Source of the DNA: Dehalococcoidia bacterium
Lineage (GTDB): Bacteria > Chloroflexota > Dehalococcoidia > Lucifugimonadales > JAGWBF01
NCBI GenBank assembly: GCA_034423015.1
Contig: DAOUJG010000055.1
Location: 4,379 to 68,378, forward strand
Length of the DNA: 64,000 bases
Direction: 5' to 3'
Both the position numbers and the translations under genes were made by a program. Below are positions 53,345-62,467 of this stretch, piece after piece; position 1 is the first letter of the stretch; every line of letters starts with the position of its first letter. Under the pieces are notes generated by a model. The model saw only the letters and a list, made by a program, of their open reading frames with translations. It was not told the origin of the DNA and did not search any database.

Positions 53345-54166
53345 CTATCCAGCTACTACCATCGTGCCCGTCGGCGAGCCCTCCAGGGAATTCATCAAAG
53401 CGCCGGGCTTCCTGCCGTCCACCACCTCGGCGACGGGCACCGTTTCCAGAGCCCTGAGACAGGCCGTGAGCTTGGGTATCATGCCGCCCTTCACGACGCC
53501 CGACGCCAGCATCGCCCGGGCGCTCCGGGCGTTGAGCCGCCGCATCACCCTGCCGGAGCCGTCCATGACACCTTCGACGTCGGTCAGGAAGACAAGCCTG
53601 CCCGACCCCACGGCCCTGGCAAGCTCTCCCGCCACCGTGTCCCCGTTTATGTTAAGCAGCGCTCCCGAGTAGTCCGACCCGTCGAGCCGGTGGAGGCCCA
53701 CGGGCGCCACCAGGGGGATGTAGCCGCCCGCCAGGGCGTTCTCCAAGGGGTCGGTGTCCACCCGGGTCACCTCTCCCACGTATCCCAGGTCTTCGTCGGC
53801 AACCCGGGCCTCCAGCAAGCCCCCGTCTACGCCGCTGAGGCCCAGGACCCTGGCCCCCAGACTCGTGAGCGATGCCACGAGCTGCTTGTTCACCAGCCCC
53901 GTGAGCACCGCCGTGACGATCTCCAGGCTCTGCAGGTCGGTGACCCTGAGCCCCCGCACGAACCTGGGCATCGCCCCCTGCTTCTCCATCCACTGGGAGA
54001 TGACGCTGCCCCCTCCGTGCACCACTATGAGGCGCACGCCTTGGCGTTGCAGGGCGGCCAGGTCCTGGAGGGTGGTATCGTGGCTGCCGAGGGTGCTGCC
54101 GCCAACCTTGACCACGATGGGACCATCAGGCACGGCGGGTCCCGTCTCCGTTATTCTCCGTGCCAT
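53345..54166 (-). CDS. argB: acetylglutamate kinase
   Basis: 'VVKVGGS' and 'LIVVHGGG' amino-acid-kinase motifs. Confidence 0.9.
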   Translation of the reverse strand: MARRITETGPAVPDGPIVVKVGGSTLGSHDTTLQDLAALQRQGVRLIVVHGGGSVISQWMEKQGAMPRFVRGLRVTDLQSLEIVTAVLTGLVNKQLVASLTSLGARVLGLSGVDGGLLEARVADEDLGYVGEVTRVDTDPLENALAGGYIPLVAPVGLHRLDGSDYSGALLNINGDTVAGELARAVGSGRLVFLTDVEGVMDGSGRVMRRLNARSARAMLASGVVKGGMIPKLTACLRALETVPVAEVVDGRKPGALMNSLEGSPTGTMVVAG

Positions 54167-54219
54167 TCCGTAGGGGCCCTGCAGGGCCGGCGGGCGATTC
54201 GTCGCCCGCCTGGGCGACC

Positions 54220-55434
54220 CTAGGTTGTATAGGCACTGTTAAAGGTAACGTACTCTTCACTGAGGTTGCAGCCCCACGCGGTGGCCCGGGCGTCTCCCAG
54301 GTTCAGAGAGATTCGGAAGGACACTTCGGACCCTCCCATCAGGGCCACCACTCCGTCCCGGTGGAAGGGGACGGGCCGTCCGTTCTCCATGATGCACACG
54401 TCGTTGACGTGGAGGGCAACCTTGTCCTCCACGATACGGGCGCCGCTGCGGCCCAGGGCGGCAACCACCCGCCCCCAGTTGGGGTCGGACCCGTGGACCG
54501 CCGTCTTCACCAGGCTGGAGGAGACGACGGTCTTCGCCGCCCTCTGCGCGTCCTGCGGCGTCTCGGCCCCGTCCACCGAGACCTCTATCAGCTTGGTAGC
54601 TCCCTCGGCGTCCCTGGCCAGCTCCTTGGTCAGGTGAACGCACGCCTGGGCCAGGGCCTCCTGGAACAGACCCCCGGAGGCGCCCGGCCCGATCTCCGGG
54701 GAGTCGGCGCCCCCGTTGGCGAAGATGAGCACGGTGTCGTTGGTGCTGGTGTCCCCGTCCACGGAGAGCATGTTCAGGGAGGCGTCCACCGCCCTCTTCA
54801 AGGCGGACTGCAGGAACGCCGGCTGGACCCGGGCGTCGGTGGCAAGGTAGCAGAGCATGGTCGCCATGTCTGGGTGTATCATGCCCGCGCCCTTGACCAC
54901 GCCGCCGATGGTGACGGGCCGGCCCTCCAGGTCGAAGGAGACGGCAACCTCCTTGGGCCGCGTGTCGGTGGTCATGATGGCGCGGGCCAGCCGGTTGCCG
55001 CCGTCCTCTGACATCTCGATCTGGGGTATGCCGGCCCTCAGGAGACCCATTGGCAGTTCTATCCCGATGACCCCCGTGGTGCCGATGACGACCTGCTCGG
55101 GCTCCAGTCCCAGGGTCTTCGCCGCCACCGCGGTCGTCTCCTGGGCGTCCTGGTACCCGTGCTCTCCGACGCAGGCGTTGGCCACGCCGCTGGTCACCAC
55201 CAGGCCCCTCACGTTTCCTGCCTTGACCCGGTCTTCGCACAGATCGACCGAGGCAGACCTGAAGGAGTTGGTGGTGTACACCCCGGCGACGGCGCAGGGG
55301 GCATTGGAGCGGAGGAGGCCTATGTCCAGCTTGTCCTCGGCATAGGTCTTGATGCCGGCGTAGGTGGCGCCGGCGACGAAGCCCCGGGGCGTGGTGATGG
55401 TGCCGCCCTCGACGAACCTGATCTCCCCAGACAT
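54220..55434 (-). CDS. argJ: bifunctional ornithine acetyltransferase/N-acetylglutamate synthase
   Basis: Autoprocessing site context 'ATMLCYLATDA' and 'PRGFVAGATYAGIK'. ATG 55434 with GAGGG Shine-Dalgarno. Confidence 0.9.
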   Translation of the reverse strand: MSGEIRFVEGGTITTPRGFVAGATYAGIKTYAEDKLDIGLLRSNAPCAVAGVYTTNSFRSASVDLCEDRVKAGNVRGLVVTSGVANACVGEHGYQDAQETTAVAAKTLGLEPEQVVIGTTGVIGIELPMGLLRAGIPQIEMSEDGGNRLARAIMTTDTRPKEVAVSFDLEGRPVTIGGVVKGAGMIHPDMATMLCYLATDARVQPAFLQSALKRAVDASLNMLSVDGDTSTNDTVLIFANGGADSPEIGPGASGGLFQEALAQACVHLTKELARDAEGATKLIEVSVDGAETPQDAQRAAKTVVSSSLVKTAVHGSDPNWGRVVAALGRSGARIVEDKVALHVNDVCIMENGRPVPFHRDGVVALMGGSEVSFRISLNLGDARATAWGCNLSEEYVTFNSAYTT

Positions 55435-55596
55435 ACCCTCAACCGTCCAGCGTATTTGTAGCCGCGTGACGCGGCTGAATTGCACCCGGCAATGATCGCC
55501 TAGGAGTATACCACAAAGGGTAGGGCCCCACCACACGCCTGGGAAGCGGGCGGGCCAGGCCCAGCCAGGCCCCGGAGAGGGGCCGGGGTACTACAC

Positions 55597-58065
55597 CTAC
55601 TTCACGACGACATTGACCAGGCGGCCCGGGACGTAGACCGTCCTGTCCACCTGTCTGTCATCGACGTGGGGCCGCACCTTGGGGCTCGCCAGGGCCAGGC
55701 TCTTGGCGTCGTCCTCGGAGATGTCGGCGGGCACCTGAAGCCTGTCCCGGAGCTTGCCATTGACCTGCACCACCAGGGTAATCTCCTCTTCGCTGGCCAG
55801 ACCGTCGTCCCACCGGGGGAACCGCTGGTTGTGAACGCTGTACTCGCGCCCCGTGAGCTCCCATAGCTCCTCCGCCAGGTGCGGCGCAAGGGGCGCCAGC
55901 ATCAGGAGGAACTTCTCCACGCACTCTTTCCAGGTCGCCGAGCCCAAGTTCCCCTCGGCCCAGCTCCTGCCCATCTGGTTGGAGAGCTCCATGAGCGCGG
56001 CAATGGCCGTGTTGAACTTGAACCGGTCCAGGTCGTCGTGACACTTCTTTATGGTCTGGTGCAGGGCACGGAGCAAGCCCTTGTCTGCTTCCGAAGGCGG
56101 CCGGTCGGGCAGGGACGACGGGTCCTGCCGGCACATCTCCCACACCCGGTTGAGCCAACGGGCCAGCCCGTTGATCCCCGACGTGCTCCAGGGGCCGCCC
56201 TGGTCCCACGGGCCCAGGAACATCAGAAAGCAGCGCACCGAGTCTGCCCCCAGGGCATCCACGAACTCGTCGGGGTTGACCACGTTGCCCCGGCTTTTGC
56301 TCATCTTCTCGTGGTCCTCACCCAGGATCACGCCCTGGTTGTAGAGGCGGTGGAACGGCTCCCCGAAGTCGACCAGGCCCATGTCCCGCAGGGCCTTGGT
56401 GAAGAACCTGGAGTAGAGCAGGTGCATCACCGCGTGCTCGGCGCCCCCGGTATACTGGGCCACGGGCATCCATCGAGGCATGACGTCGGGGTCGAAGGGG
56501 CCCGAGCTGTACCTGGGCGACGTGAAGCGCTCCATGTACCATGAGGAGTCGACGAAGGTGTCCATGGTATCCGTCTCGCGGGTGGCGGGACCGTCGCACC
56601 GGGGACACTTGGCGTTGACGAAGCCCTGGTGGAGCGCCAGAGGGGACTCGCCCGTGGGCTTGAACTCCGCGTCGGCTGGTATCAGCACGGGCAGGTCCTC
56701 CTCGGGCACCGGCACGGTGCCGCAATCGGGACAGTAGACCACGGGGATCGGGGTGCCCCAGTACCGCTGCCGGGAGATGAGCCAGTCCCTGATGCGGTAG
56801 GACACCGTCCGCTTGCCCCAGCCCCGCTCCTCCACGGACCCGGCGATGGCGTCCTTGGCGTCCCCGCTGGCCATGCCGTCGAACTCGCCGGAGCTCACCA
56901 TCGTCCCGTCCTCGACGTGGGCCTCCTCCAGGTCCCGTCCGTCCCACCCGGGAGGGGCGACGACCACCGGTATGGGCAGTTCGTACTTCTCGGCGAACTC
57001 GAAGTCCCGCTGGTCGTGGGCGGGAACGCCCATGACGGCGCCGGTGCCGTAGTTCATAAGGGCGTAGTCAGCGATGAAGATGGGCACTTCCCGGCCGTTC
57101 AGCCGGTTGACGGCGTGGACGCCGAGAAAGACGCCCGTCTTCTCCTTCTCCGCGGCCACGCGCTCGATCTCCGTCTGCCTCCGGGCGGCCTCGACGTAGC
57201 CCCTGACCTCGTCACGCCGCTCCGGGGTGGTCATGGCCTCGACCAGCGGGTGCTCGGGGGCTAGCACCATGAACGTGACCCCGAAGATGGTGTCGATGCG
57301 CGTGGTGAAGGTGCGCAGCTCCGTCTCCTCCAGCCCCAGGTGGGAGATGTCGAAGCTGATCTCCACCCCCTGGCTGCGCCCCACCCAGTTGCGCTGCATG
57401 GTCAGGATCCTCTCGGGCCAGTCCAGCAGGCCGGAGAAGTCCAGCAGCTCGTCGGCGTAGGCCGTGATGCGCAGGAACCACTGCTCCATGTCGCGGCGGG
57501 TGATGGGCGTGTCGCACCGCTCGCACCTGCCGTTCACCGCCTGCTCGTTGGCCAGCACCGTCTGGCAGGACGGGCACCACACCACCGGCGCCTTGTCCCG
57601 GTAGGCCAGGCCCTTCTCCAGGAGCTTGAGGAAGAACCACTGGTTCCACCTGTAGTACTCCGGAAGGCAGCATATGACCTCCCTGTCCCAGTCGTAGATG
57701 GCGCCCATGCTGCGTAGCTGGGAGCGCATGTTCTCGATGTTCCCCATGGTCCAGGTGTATGGGTGTATCCCCCGTTGCACCGCGGCGTTCTCCGCGGGGA
57801 GGCCGAAGGCGTCGAACCCCATGGGGTGGAGCACGTTGTAGCCCTGCATCCTGCGGAACCGGGCGTGGCAGTCGGCCGGGGCCATGGCGTACCAGTGGCC
57901 GATGTGGAGGTCGCCCGAGGGGTAGGGGTACATGGTCAGCTCGTACCACTTGGGCCTGGGGTCATCGTCGGAAACGTGGTAAATGCCGTCGGCGGCCCAG
58001 CGTTCCTGCCACTTGAGGTCCATCTCCCGGGCCCCGTACCTTACGTCCACCATTCGTGTCGTCAT
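55597..58065 (-). CDS. leuS: leucyl-tRNA synthetase
   Basis: 'YPSGDLHIGH' HIGH motif, 'KMSKSRGN' KMSKS motif, and the CP1 editing domain. Confidence 0.95.
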   Translation of the reverse strand: MTTRMVDVRYGAREMDLKWQERWAADGIYHVSDDDPRPKWYELTMYPYPSGDLHIGHWYAMAPADCHARFRRMQGYNVLHPMGFDAFGLPAENAAVQRGIHPYTWTMGNIENMRSQLRSMGAIYDWDREVICCLPEYYRWNQWFFLKLLEKGLAYRDKAPVVWCPSCQTVLANEQAVNGRCERCDTPITRRDMEQWFLRITAYADELLDFSGLLDWPERILTMQRNWVGRSQGVEISFDISHLGLEETELRTFTTRIDTIFGVTFMVLAPEHPLVEAMTTPERRDEVRGYVEAARRQTEIERVAAEKEKTGVFLGVHAVNRLNGREVPIFIADYALMNYGTGAVMGVPAHDQRDFEFAEKYELPIPVVVAPPGWDGRDLEEAHVEDGTMVSSGEFDGMASGDAKDAIAGSVEERGWGKRTVSYRIRDWLISRQRYWGTPIPVVYCPDCGTVPVPEEDLPVLIPADAEFKPTGESPLALHQGFVNAKCPRCDGPATRETDTMDTFVDSSWYMERFTSPRYSSGPFDPDVMPRWMPVAQYTGGAEHAVMHLLYSRFFTKALRDMGLVDFGEPFHRLYNQGVILGEDHEKMSKSRGNVVNPDEFVDALGADSVRCFLMFLGPWDQGGPWSTSGINGLARWLNRVWEMCRQDPSSLPDRPPSEADKGLLRALHQTIKKCHDDLDRFKFNTAIAALMELSNQMGRSWAEGNLGSATWKECVEKFLLMLAPLAPHLAEELWELTGREYSVHNQRFPRWDDGLASEEEITLVVQVNGKLRDRLQVPADISEDDAKSLALASPKVRPHVDDRQVDRTVYVPGRLVNVVVK

Positions 58066-58087
58066 CTACATGCCTATCCCTACCGTG

Positions 58088-60064
58088 CTACTCCCACGTG
58101 AGCTTTCCCCTCTTATAGGAGATGGCTTCCTTGCCCTGCAGAGTCCTGAGGGCCACCTGCAGCACGTCCCTCGCGCAGTGTTCACAATACCCGAAGTCCG
58201 ACAGCAGGCGTTGGTATATCCGCTCCCGTCCCCGGGTCCTCTTGGCGTCCTTCTTCCTGGGGTCGATGGTCAGCCTGACCTCGTCCCGCCTGGGAAACAG
58301 GACCATCTCCACGGCGGACCTTATCGCCGGAATCCCCGTGTAGTCGGGCTCGTTGTCGGGGTCTTCCCGGCGCAGGTGCGTGTAGTTGTCGTACACGGTC
58401 TGGCGGAAGCCCCGGCGCTCCGAGTCCCGCAGGTTCAGGGCGCCCTCCACCTGGCGCATCACCCGCTCGTCCGGCGGGTCCGTGGACACCGTGCCGCCGC
58501 CCGTCCCCCGGAGGTAGAGCTCCGCGTCGAAGATGTACCGTCGGAACAGGTGGCCGGCCTTCTCCTGGAAGTCGTCGGTGGCCGCCCGCATCACCGCCTG
58601 GACGGACTGCTCCTTCAGCTCCTTCACCACGTCGGGCACCAGGGCCAGCATCCTCTCCCGCTCCGCAACGGGGATCCCGGCACGCTCCACCAGGCCGTCG
58701 ATGAGGCTCTTCAGGGCCAGGAAGGGCGTCAGGCACGGCTCGTCCCGCGTGATGGCGTCCGCCAGGCGGTTGATGACGTATCGAGGAGAGAGCCCGAACA
58801 TACCCTCTTGAGGGCTCGCCTGGCGCAGCTTCTCTACGTCCTCTCGGGTATACAGCGGCAACACCTGGCCGTCGTACAGCTTCAGCTTGTCCACCAGCGA
58901 AGCCCTGGGCAGATTGGCGGCCCGGGGCACCTGCTCCAGCCGGGACATCACCGACATGACGGCCGCGGTGGGAATGGTCAAGGGCGACACATGGGGGCCG
59001 GCGCCGTACCCGGTGCCGTCCCCGTTCGACGAGCCGGAGCGGCCCTCCCGCAGCATCTTGGCGCAGGTCCTCACCTCGTCGCGGACCCGGACGGCGTAGG
59101 GCACCGGCACCAGGATGAGCCTGTCCAGCAACGCCGCGGTCTCTTTGTTGCTGGCGAAGTTGTTGTACTCCTCCTCGTTGCTGTGGGCGATGATGGCCTC
59201 GTCGGCGTAGACCGAGCCGAAGCTGCCCAGCTTGATCACCTGCTCCTGGGTGACCCCCAGCATCACCGCCAGGAACCGCTCGTCGGACTTGAATATCTCG
59301 ATGAACTCCATGATGCCCCGGTTGGCCGCCTGGAGCTCGCCGTCCAGGCGGAGGCCCTTGCCGGCGCCTTCCAGCCGGTCCTCGGTCATGTACGACACGT
59401 CGACGCTGCCGACCAGGCGGGACAGGTCCTGGCCCTGGGGCGAGGTGGCAACGAAGGTGCCGATGCCCACCCCGGCGGACTGGCTGAAATTGACCCGATG
59501 GACCCTCATCTTGGCGATGTCGCCGCCGCACTGGCGGGCAAGGTTGTATCTGCACCTGGGACACAGGTCGCCCTCGATGCGGAGACCGTACTCCCGCTCC
59601 ACCTCCTCCCGCCGCTCCTCGGGGATGAGGTGCAGCGGGTCCTCCTGCATGGGGCATCCCTTTATGGCATAGATAGCGCCCTCGTCGGTCCGGGTGTAAC
59701 GCTCCAGACCGGACTTGAGCAGGTTCACCGTGGACGACTTTCCGCTGGCGGGAGGGCCCATCAGGAGCAGGATGCGCTTGCGCACCTCCAGGCCGCTGGA
59801 GGCTGCGTTGAAGAACTGCACCAGGCGGTCCAGGGCCCGGTCCATGCCGAATATCTGGCCGGCGAACAGCTTGTACTGTGGGACCCCGTCCAGGCCGGGC
59901 GTGACCCCGGCCCACTGGACCATGTCGTATATCCTGGCGTGGGAGTGCCGGGACAGCTTCGGGTTCGCAATGGCCATGTTCAGGTACTCTTCGAAGCTCC
60001 CCTCCCAAGCCAGGGCCTTCAGGTCCTCGCGTACATCCTCGAGCAGCTTGCCTATCTCAACCAT
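58088..60064 (-). CDS. prkA: PrkA/YeaG-family AAA+ serine protein kinase
   Basis: 658 aa. Walker A 'GPPASGKSS'. End-to-end PrkA architecture with C-terminal 'GKLTWE'-type tail. Confidence 0.9.
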   Translation of the reverse strand: MVEIGKLLEDVREDLKALAWEGSFEEYLNMAIANPKLSRHSHARIYDMVQWAGVTPGLDGVPQYKLFAGQIFGMDRALDRLVQFFNAASSGLEVRKRILLLMGPPASGKSSTVNLLKSGLERYTRTDEGAIYAIKGCPMQEDPLHLIPEERREEVEREYGLRIEGDLCPRCRYNLARQCGGDIAKMRVHRVNFSQSAGVGIGTFVATSPQGQDLSRLVGSVDVSYMTEDRLEGAGKGLRLDGELQAANRGIMEFIEIFKSDERFLAVMLGVTQEQVIKLGSFGSVYADEAIIAHSNEEEYNNFASNKETAALLDRLILVPVPYAVRVRDEVRTCAKMLREGRSGSSNGDGTGYGAGPHVSPLTIPTAAVMSVMSRLEQVPRAANLPRASLVDKLKLYDGQVLPLYTREDVEKLRQASPQEGMFGLSPRYVINRLADAITRDEPCLTPFLALKSLIDGLVERAGIPVAERERMLALVPDVVKELKEQSVQAVMRAATDDFQEKAGHLFRRYIFDAELYLRGTGGGTVSTDPPDERVMRQVEGALNLRDSERRGFRQTVYDNYTHLRREDPDNEPDYTGIPAIRSAVEMVLFPRRDEVRLTIDPRKKDAKRTRGRERIYQRLLSDFGYCEHCARDVLQVALRTLQGKEAISYKRGKLTWE

Positions 60065-60239
60065 TGGCCTTACCCACGCTCAGGCCCCCGGACCCTCCGA
60101 AGGCGGGCGCCACGCTCAATCCACCCGACTGCGCCGCTCCCGCGAGATCGGGAGGCCAGTCCCCGCCCCTGGGATTCAGGCCCGGGGCCGGAATGACTGT
60201 AGCTGTTCCCATGCCGATGGCGTGTCGGGTGGAGGCTTG

Positions 60240-60248
60240 TGATATCCT
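60240..60248 (+). promoter_or_regulatory. putative extended -10 (TGaTATCCT) for the coxG-like gene
   Basis: Shares the TGTGATAT core with the thrS and infC promoters. Followed by the AGCAT-n5-ATGCT palindrome (60250-60264) and TAGAGTA x2 (60264-60270, 60276-60282). Confidence 0.4.
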
Positions 60249-60345
60249 AAGCATGCGATATGCTAGAGTATATCTTAGAGTAGACAGTTCGCCGAGGCAA
60301 CTTGAACTGGCCCTCTTTTCCGACTCAGTCGACGAGGCGACGCCA

Positions 60346-60789
60346 ATGGACGTAGCCGAAACATACACCTTCCGAGCCCCCCCGGCCAGGGTCTGGGACG
60401 TGCTCCTCGACCCCGAGCGTCTGGCCGGATGCATACCGGGGTGCCAGGGCCTGGAGCCACTGGGCGAGGGCCAGTACCGGGCCAGTCTCAACGTCGGGGT
60501 GGGGGCTATCCAGGGCAAATACGAGGCCACCGTCACGATATCCGACCAGTCGCCGCCCTTTTCCTACAAGCTCACCGTCGACGGCAGCGGCTCCGCGGGC
60601 TTCCTGAGGGGCGAGGCGCAGGTGACCTTGGCTGAGAAGGACGGTGGGACCGTCGTCACCGTCCAGGGCGCCGGCCAGGTGGGAGGCACCGTCGCCCGGG
60701 TCGGACAGCGCCTCCTGGGAAGCGTGAACAAGATGATGATGGACCGGTTCTTCACGTGCCTCCGGGAGTCCGCCGAAAGGGAAGACTAG
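60346..60789 (+). CDS. SRPBCC-fold CoxG-family protein
   Basis: 'PPARVWDVLLDPERLAGCIPGCQ...GEGQYRA' is typical of CoxG/COXG-like SRPBCC proteins. ATG 60346. Confidence 0.75.
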   Translation: MDVAETYTFRAPPARVWDVLLDPERLAGCIPGCQGLEPLGEGQYRASLNVGVGAIQGKYEATVTISDQSPPFSYKLTVDGSGSAGFLRGEAQVTLAEKDGGTVVTVQGAGQVGGTVARVGQRLLGSVNKMMMDRFFTCLRESAERED

Positions 60790-60802
60790 CTCTCCCGCGA
60801 CC

Positions 60803-61378
60803 TCAGGCCAGGTGCAGCCTGCGGGCCCCCCTCAGGACCAGCGTCGGCACCGGCTCGATGAGCCTGAGCCCCACCGCCACCGCGTAGCTGACCACCACCC
60901 CGATGGCCGCCCCCACCAGGATGTCCGACGGATAGAACACCCCGGCGAACACCCTCGACGCCCCCCAAAGGGCCGCCAGCACGTAGACCACCGCCCCGGC
61001 CCCCCTGTTCCCGCCCCAAGTGCCCGCCGCCAGCGCGAACCCCACCGCCGCCGGGTGGGCAGGGAACGAAGAGTCGGTGGGCGGGTAGAAGAGGAGAGTC
61101 AGGTCGTGCTCCACAAACGGCCTGGGCCGAAAGTAGTGGTCGTTGACTATCAGGACCACCCAGCTCGCGAACCCGACCGTCGCCAGGGCCCTGATGACCG
61201 CACGTTGATGCGAGTCCCTCCTCTCCGCGTCTCCCGTAAACCACAGGGCCACCAGGCACAATGCCACGACGACGGGAACGAAGTAGTCGCTTACCAGCAC
61301 CTCCGCCGCCGAGTCCACCACCGGCCACCGGCCCGCCCACTGGTTGAGCCACAGCACGATCCTCTCGTCGACGTTCAC
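60803..61378 (-). CDS. PAP2-superfamily membrane protein with degenerate catalytic motifs
   Basis: 'FRPRP', 'SFPAH' and 'SRVFAGVFYPSD' align to PAP2 motifs C1-C3, but the C1 Lys and the C3 His are replaced (N and F). GTG start overlapping the upstream stop (GTGA). Confidence 0.7.
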   Translation of the reverse strand: MNVDERIVLWLNQWAGRWPVVDSAAEVLVSDYFVPVVVALCLVALWFTGDAERRDSHQRAVIRALATVGFASWVVLIVNDHYFRPRPFVEHDLTLLFYPPTDSSFPAHPAAVGFALAAGTWGGNRGAGAVVYVLAALWGASRVFAGVFYPSDILVGAAIGVVVSYAVAVGLRLIEPVPTLVLRGARRLHLA

Positions 61379-61803
61379 TGGCCGGGAGACGGGCGGCCGG
61401 GCCCGGGACGCTTCAGCGCCCGGGCCAGCGACCTAAGGTAGGTGGTCTCCCTCAGGGCGTCCAGCCCGGCGGCGAAGGGACCGTCCCGTGGCAGGTACCG
61501 GTTGCTCAGGGACGAGACAAGGAAGGTGAGTATGATCGCCGACCCCGCCGACACGGTGAAGTATCCGGCGGTCTGATTGCCGTCCAGGCCTCCCTCGGTG
61601 TCGCCGATGTTCCTGGGTTCGGACAGGAAGAACCAGAGGAACACGCCCACGGCGAGGGCCATACCCAACAGGAACGAGGTGGGGCGGTGCCGGAAGAATA
61701 GCAGTCCCGTCAGGCCGTTCCGGGCCGCCGCCATCTGCAGAACTCCCAGGGTAGCCAGGAACCCCAGCAGACAATAGTCGAGGACGAAGGGGCCGGGCAT
61801 CAT
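61375..61803 (-). CDS. hypothetical membrane protein (about 3-4 TM)
   Basis: Hydrophobic segments. Tightly packed between plsY2 and the PAP2-like gene. No family recognised. Confidence 0.5.
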   Translation of the reverse strand: MMPGPFVLDYCLLGFLATLGVLQMAAARNGLTGLLFFRHRPTSFLLGMALAVGVFLWFFLSEPRNIGDTEGGLDGNQTAGYFTVSAGSAIILTFLVSSLSNRYLPRDGPFAAGLDALRETTYLRSLARALKRPGPGRPSPGQ

Positions 61804-61808
61804 CCCAG

Positions 61809-62423
61809 CTACTTCTGGGGCAAGGCGGGTGCGGCCTGGTCCTCCCCAAGCCCTTGGGCCTTCCTGGTGGTGAAGTAATGCCGCACTCCCGACATTATCG
61901 GGATGGCCACGAAGAAGACTACCAGCGTCGTGGACCCGCCCGTGACCCAGACCAACAGCGGCAAGGGTATCATGATCAGGCCCAGGGTAAGGGTAACGTT
62001 CCTGTGAAACGGGAGGAAGGCGACGGACGCCAGGCTCAGCGGTATGGCCACCAGCGGTATGAGGGCAAGGTACACGCCGACGGTGGTGGCCGCGCCCCGT
62101 CCGCCTCGGAGCTGGGCGAATATGGGCCAGTTGTGGCCCGCCACTGCCAGGACGCCGGCCGCCATCCCGGCGCCCAGGCTGTCCGTCGCAACCCGGACGA
62201 TTATGACGGCAACGGCCCCCTTGGCCACGTCGACGGCGCCCACGGCCAAGCCAATCCTGGGACTGATGGTGCGGTAGGCGTTGGCCGCCCCGGGGTTTCG
62301 GTCCCCCTGGTCGCGTATGTCCCGTCCGGCCGCAAGGCGCCCCGCCAGGTAGGCGGAGGGGATGGAGCCTACCAGGTAGGCCACCACCAGGGAGGCGATC
62401 CAGGTCACGCTAGTCCAAGGCAC
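61809..62423 (-). CDS. plsY: glycerol-3-phosphate acyltransferase PlsY paralogue (copy 2)
   Basis: 'YLVGSIPSAYL...GDRNPGAANAYR...AGHNWPIFAQLRGGRGAAT'. Confidence 0.75.
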   Translation of the reverse strand: MPWTSVTWIASLVVAYLVGSIPSAYLAGRLAAGRDIRDQGDRNPGAANAYRTISPRIGLAVGAVDVAKGAVAVIIVRVATDSLGAGMAAGVLAVAGHNWPIFAQLRGGRGAATTVGVYLALIPLVAIPLSLASVAFLPFHRNVTLTLGLIMIPLPLLVWVTGGSTTLVVFFVAIPIMSGVRHYFTTRKAQGLGEDQAAPALPQK

Positions 62424-62467
62424 CTACCGAAGCTCCCCTCGGACCGGCTCGGTCGACCGACGGTAGG

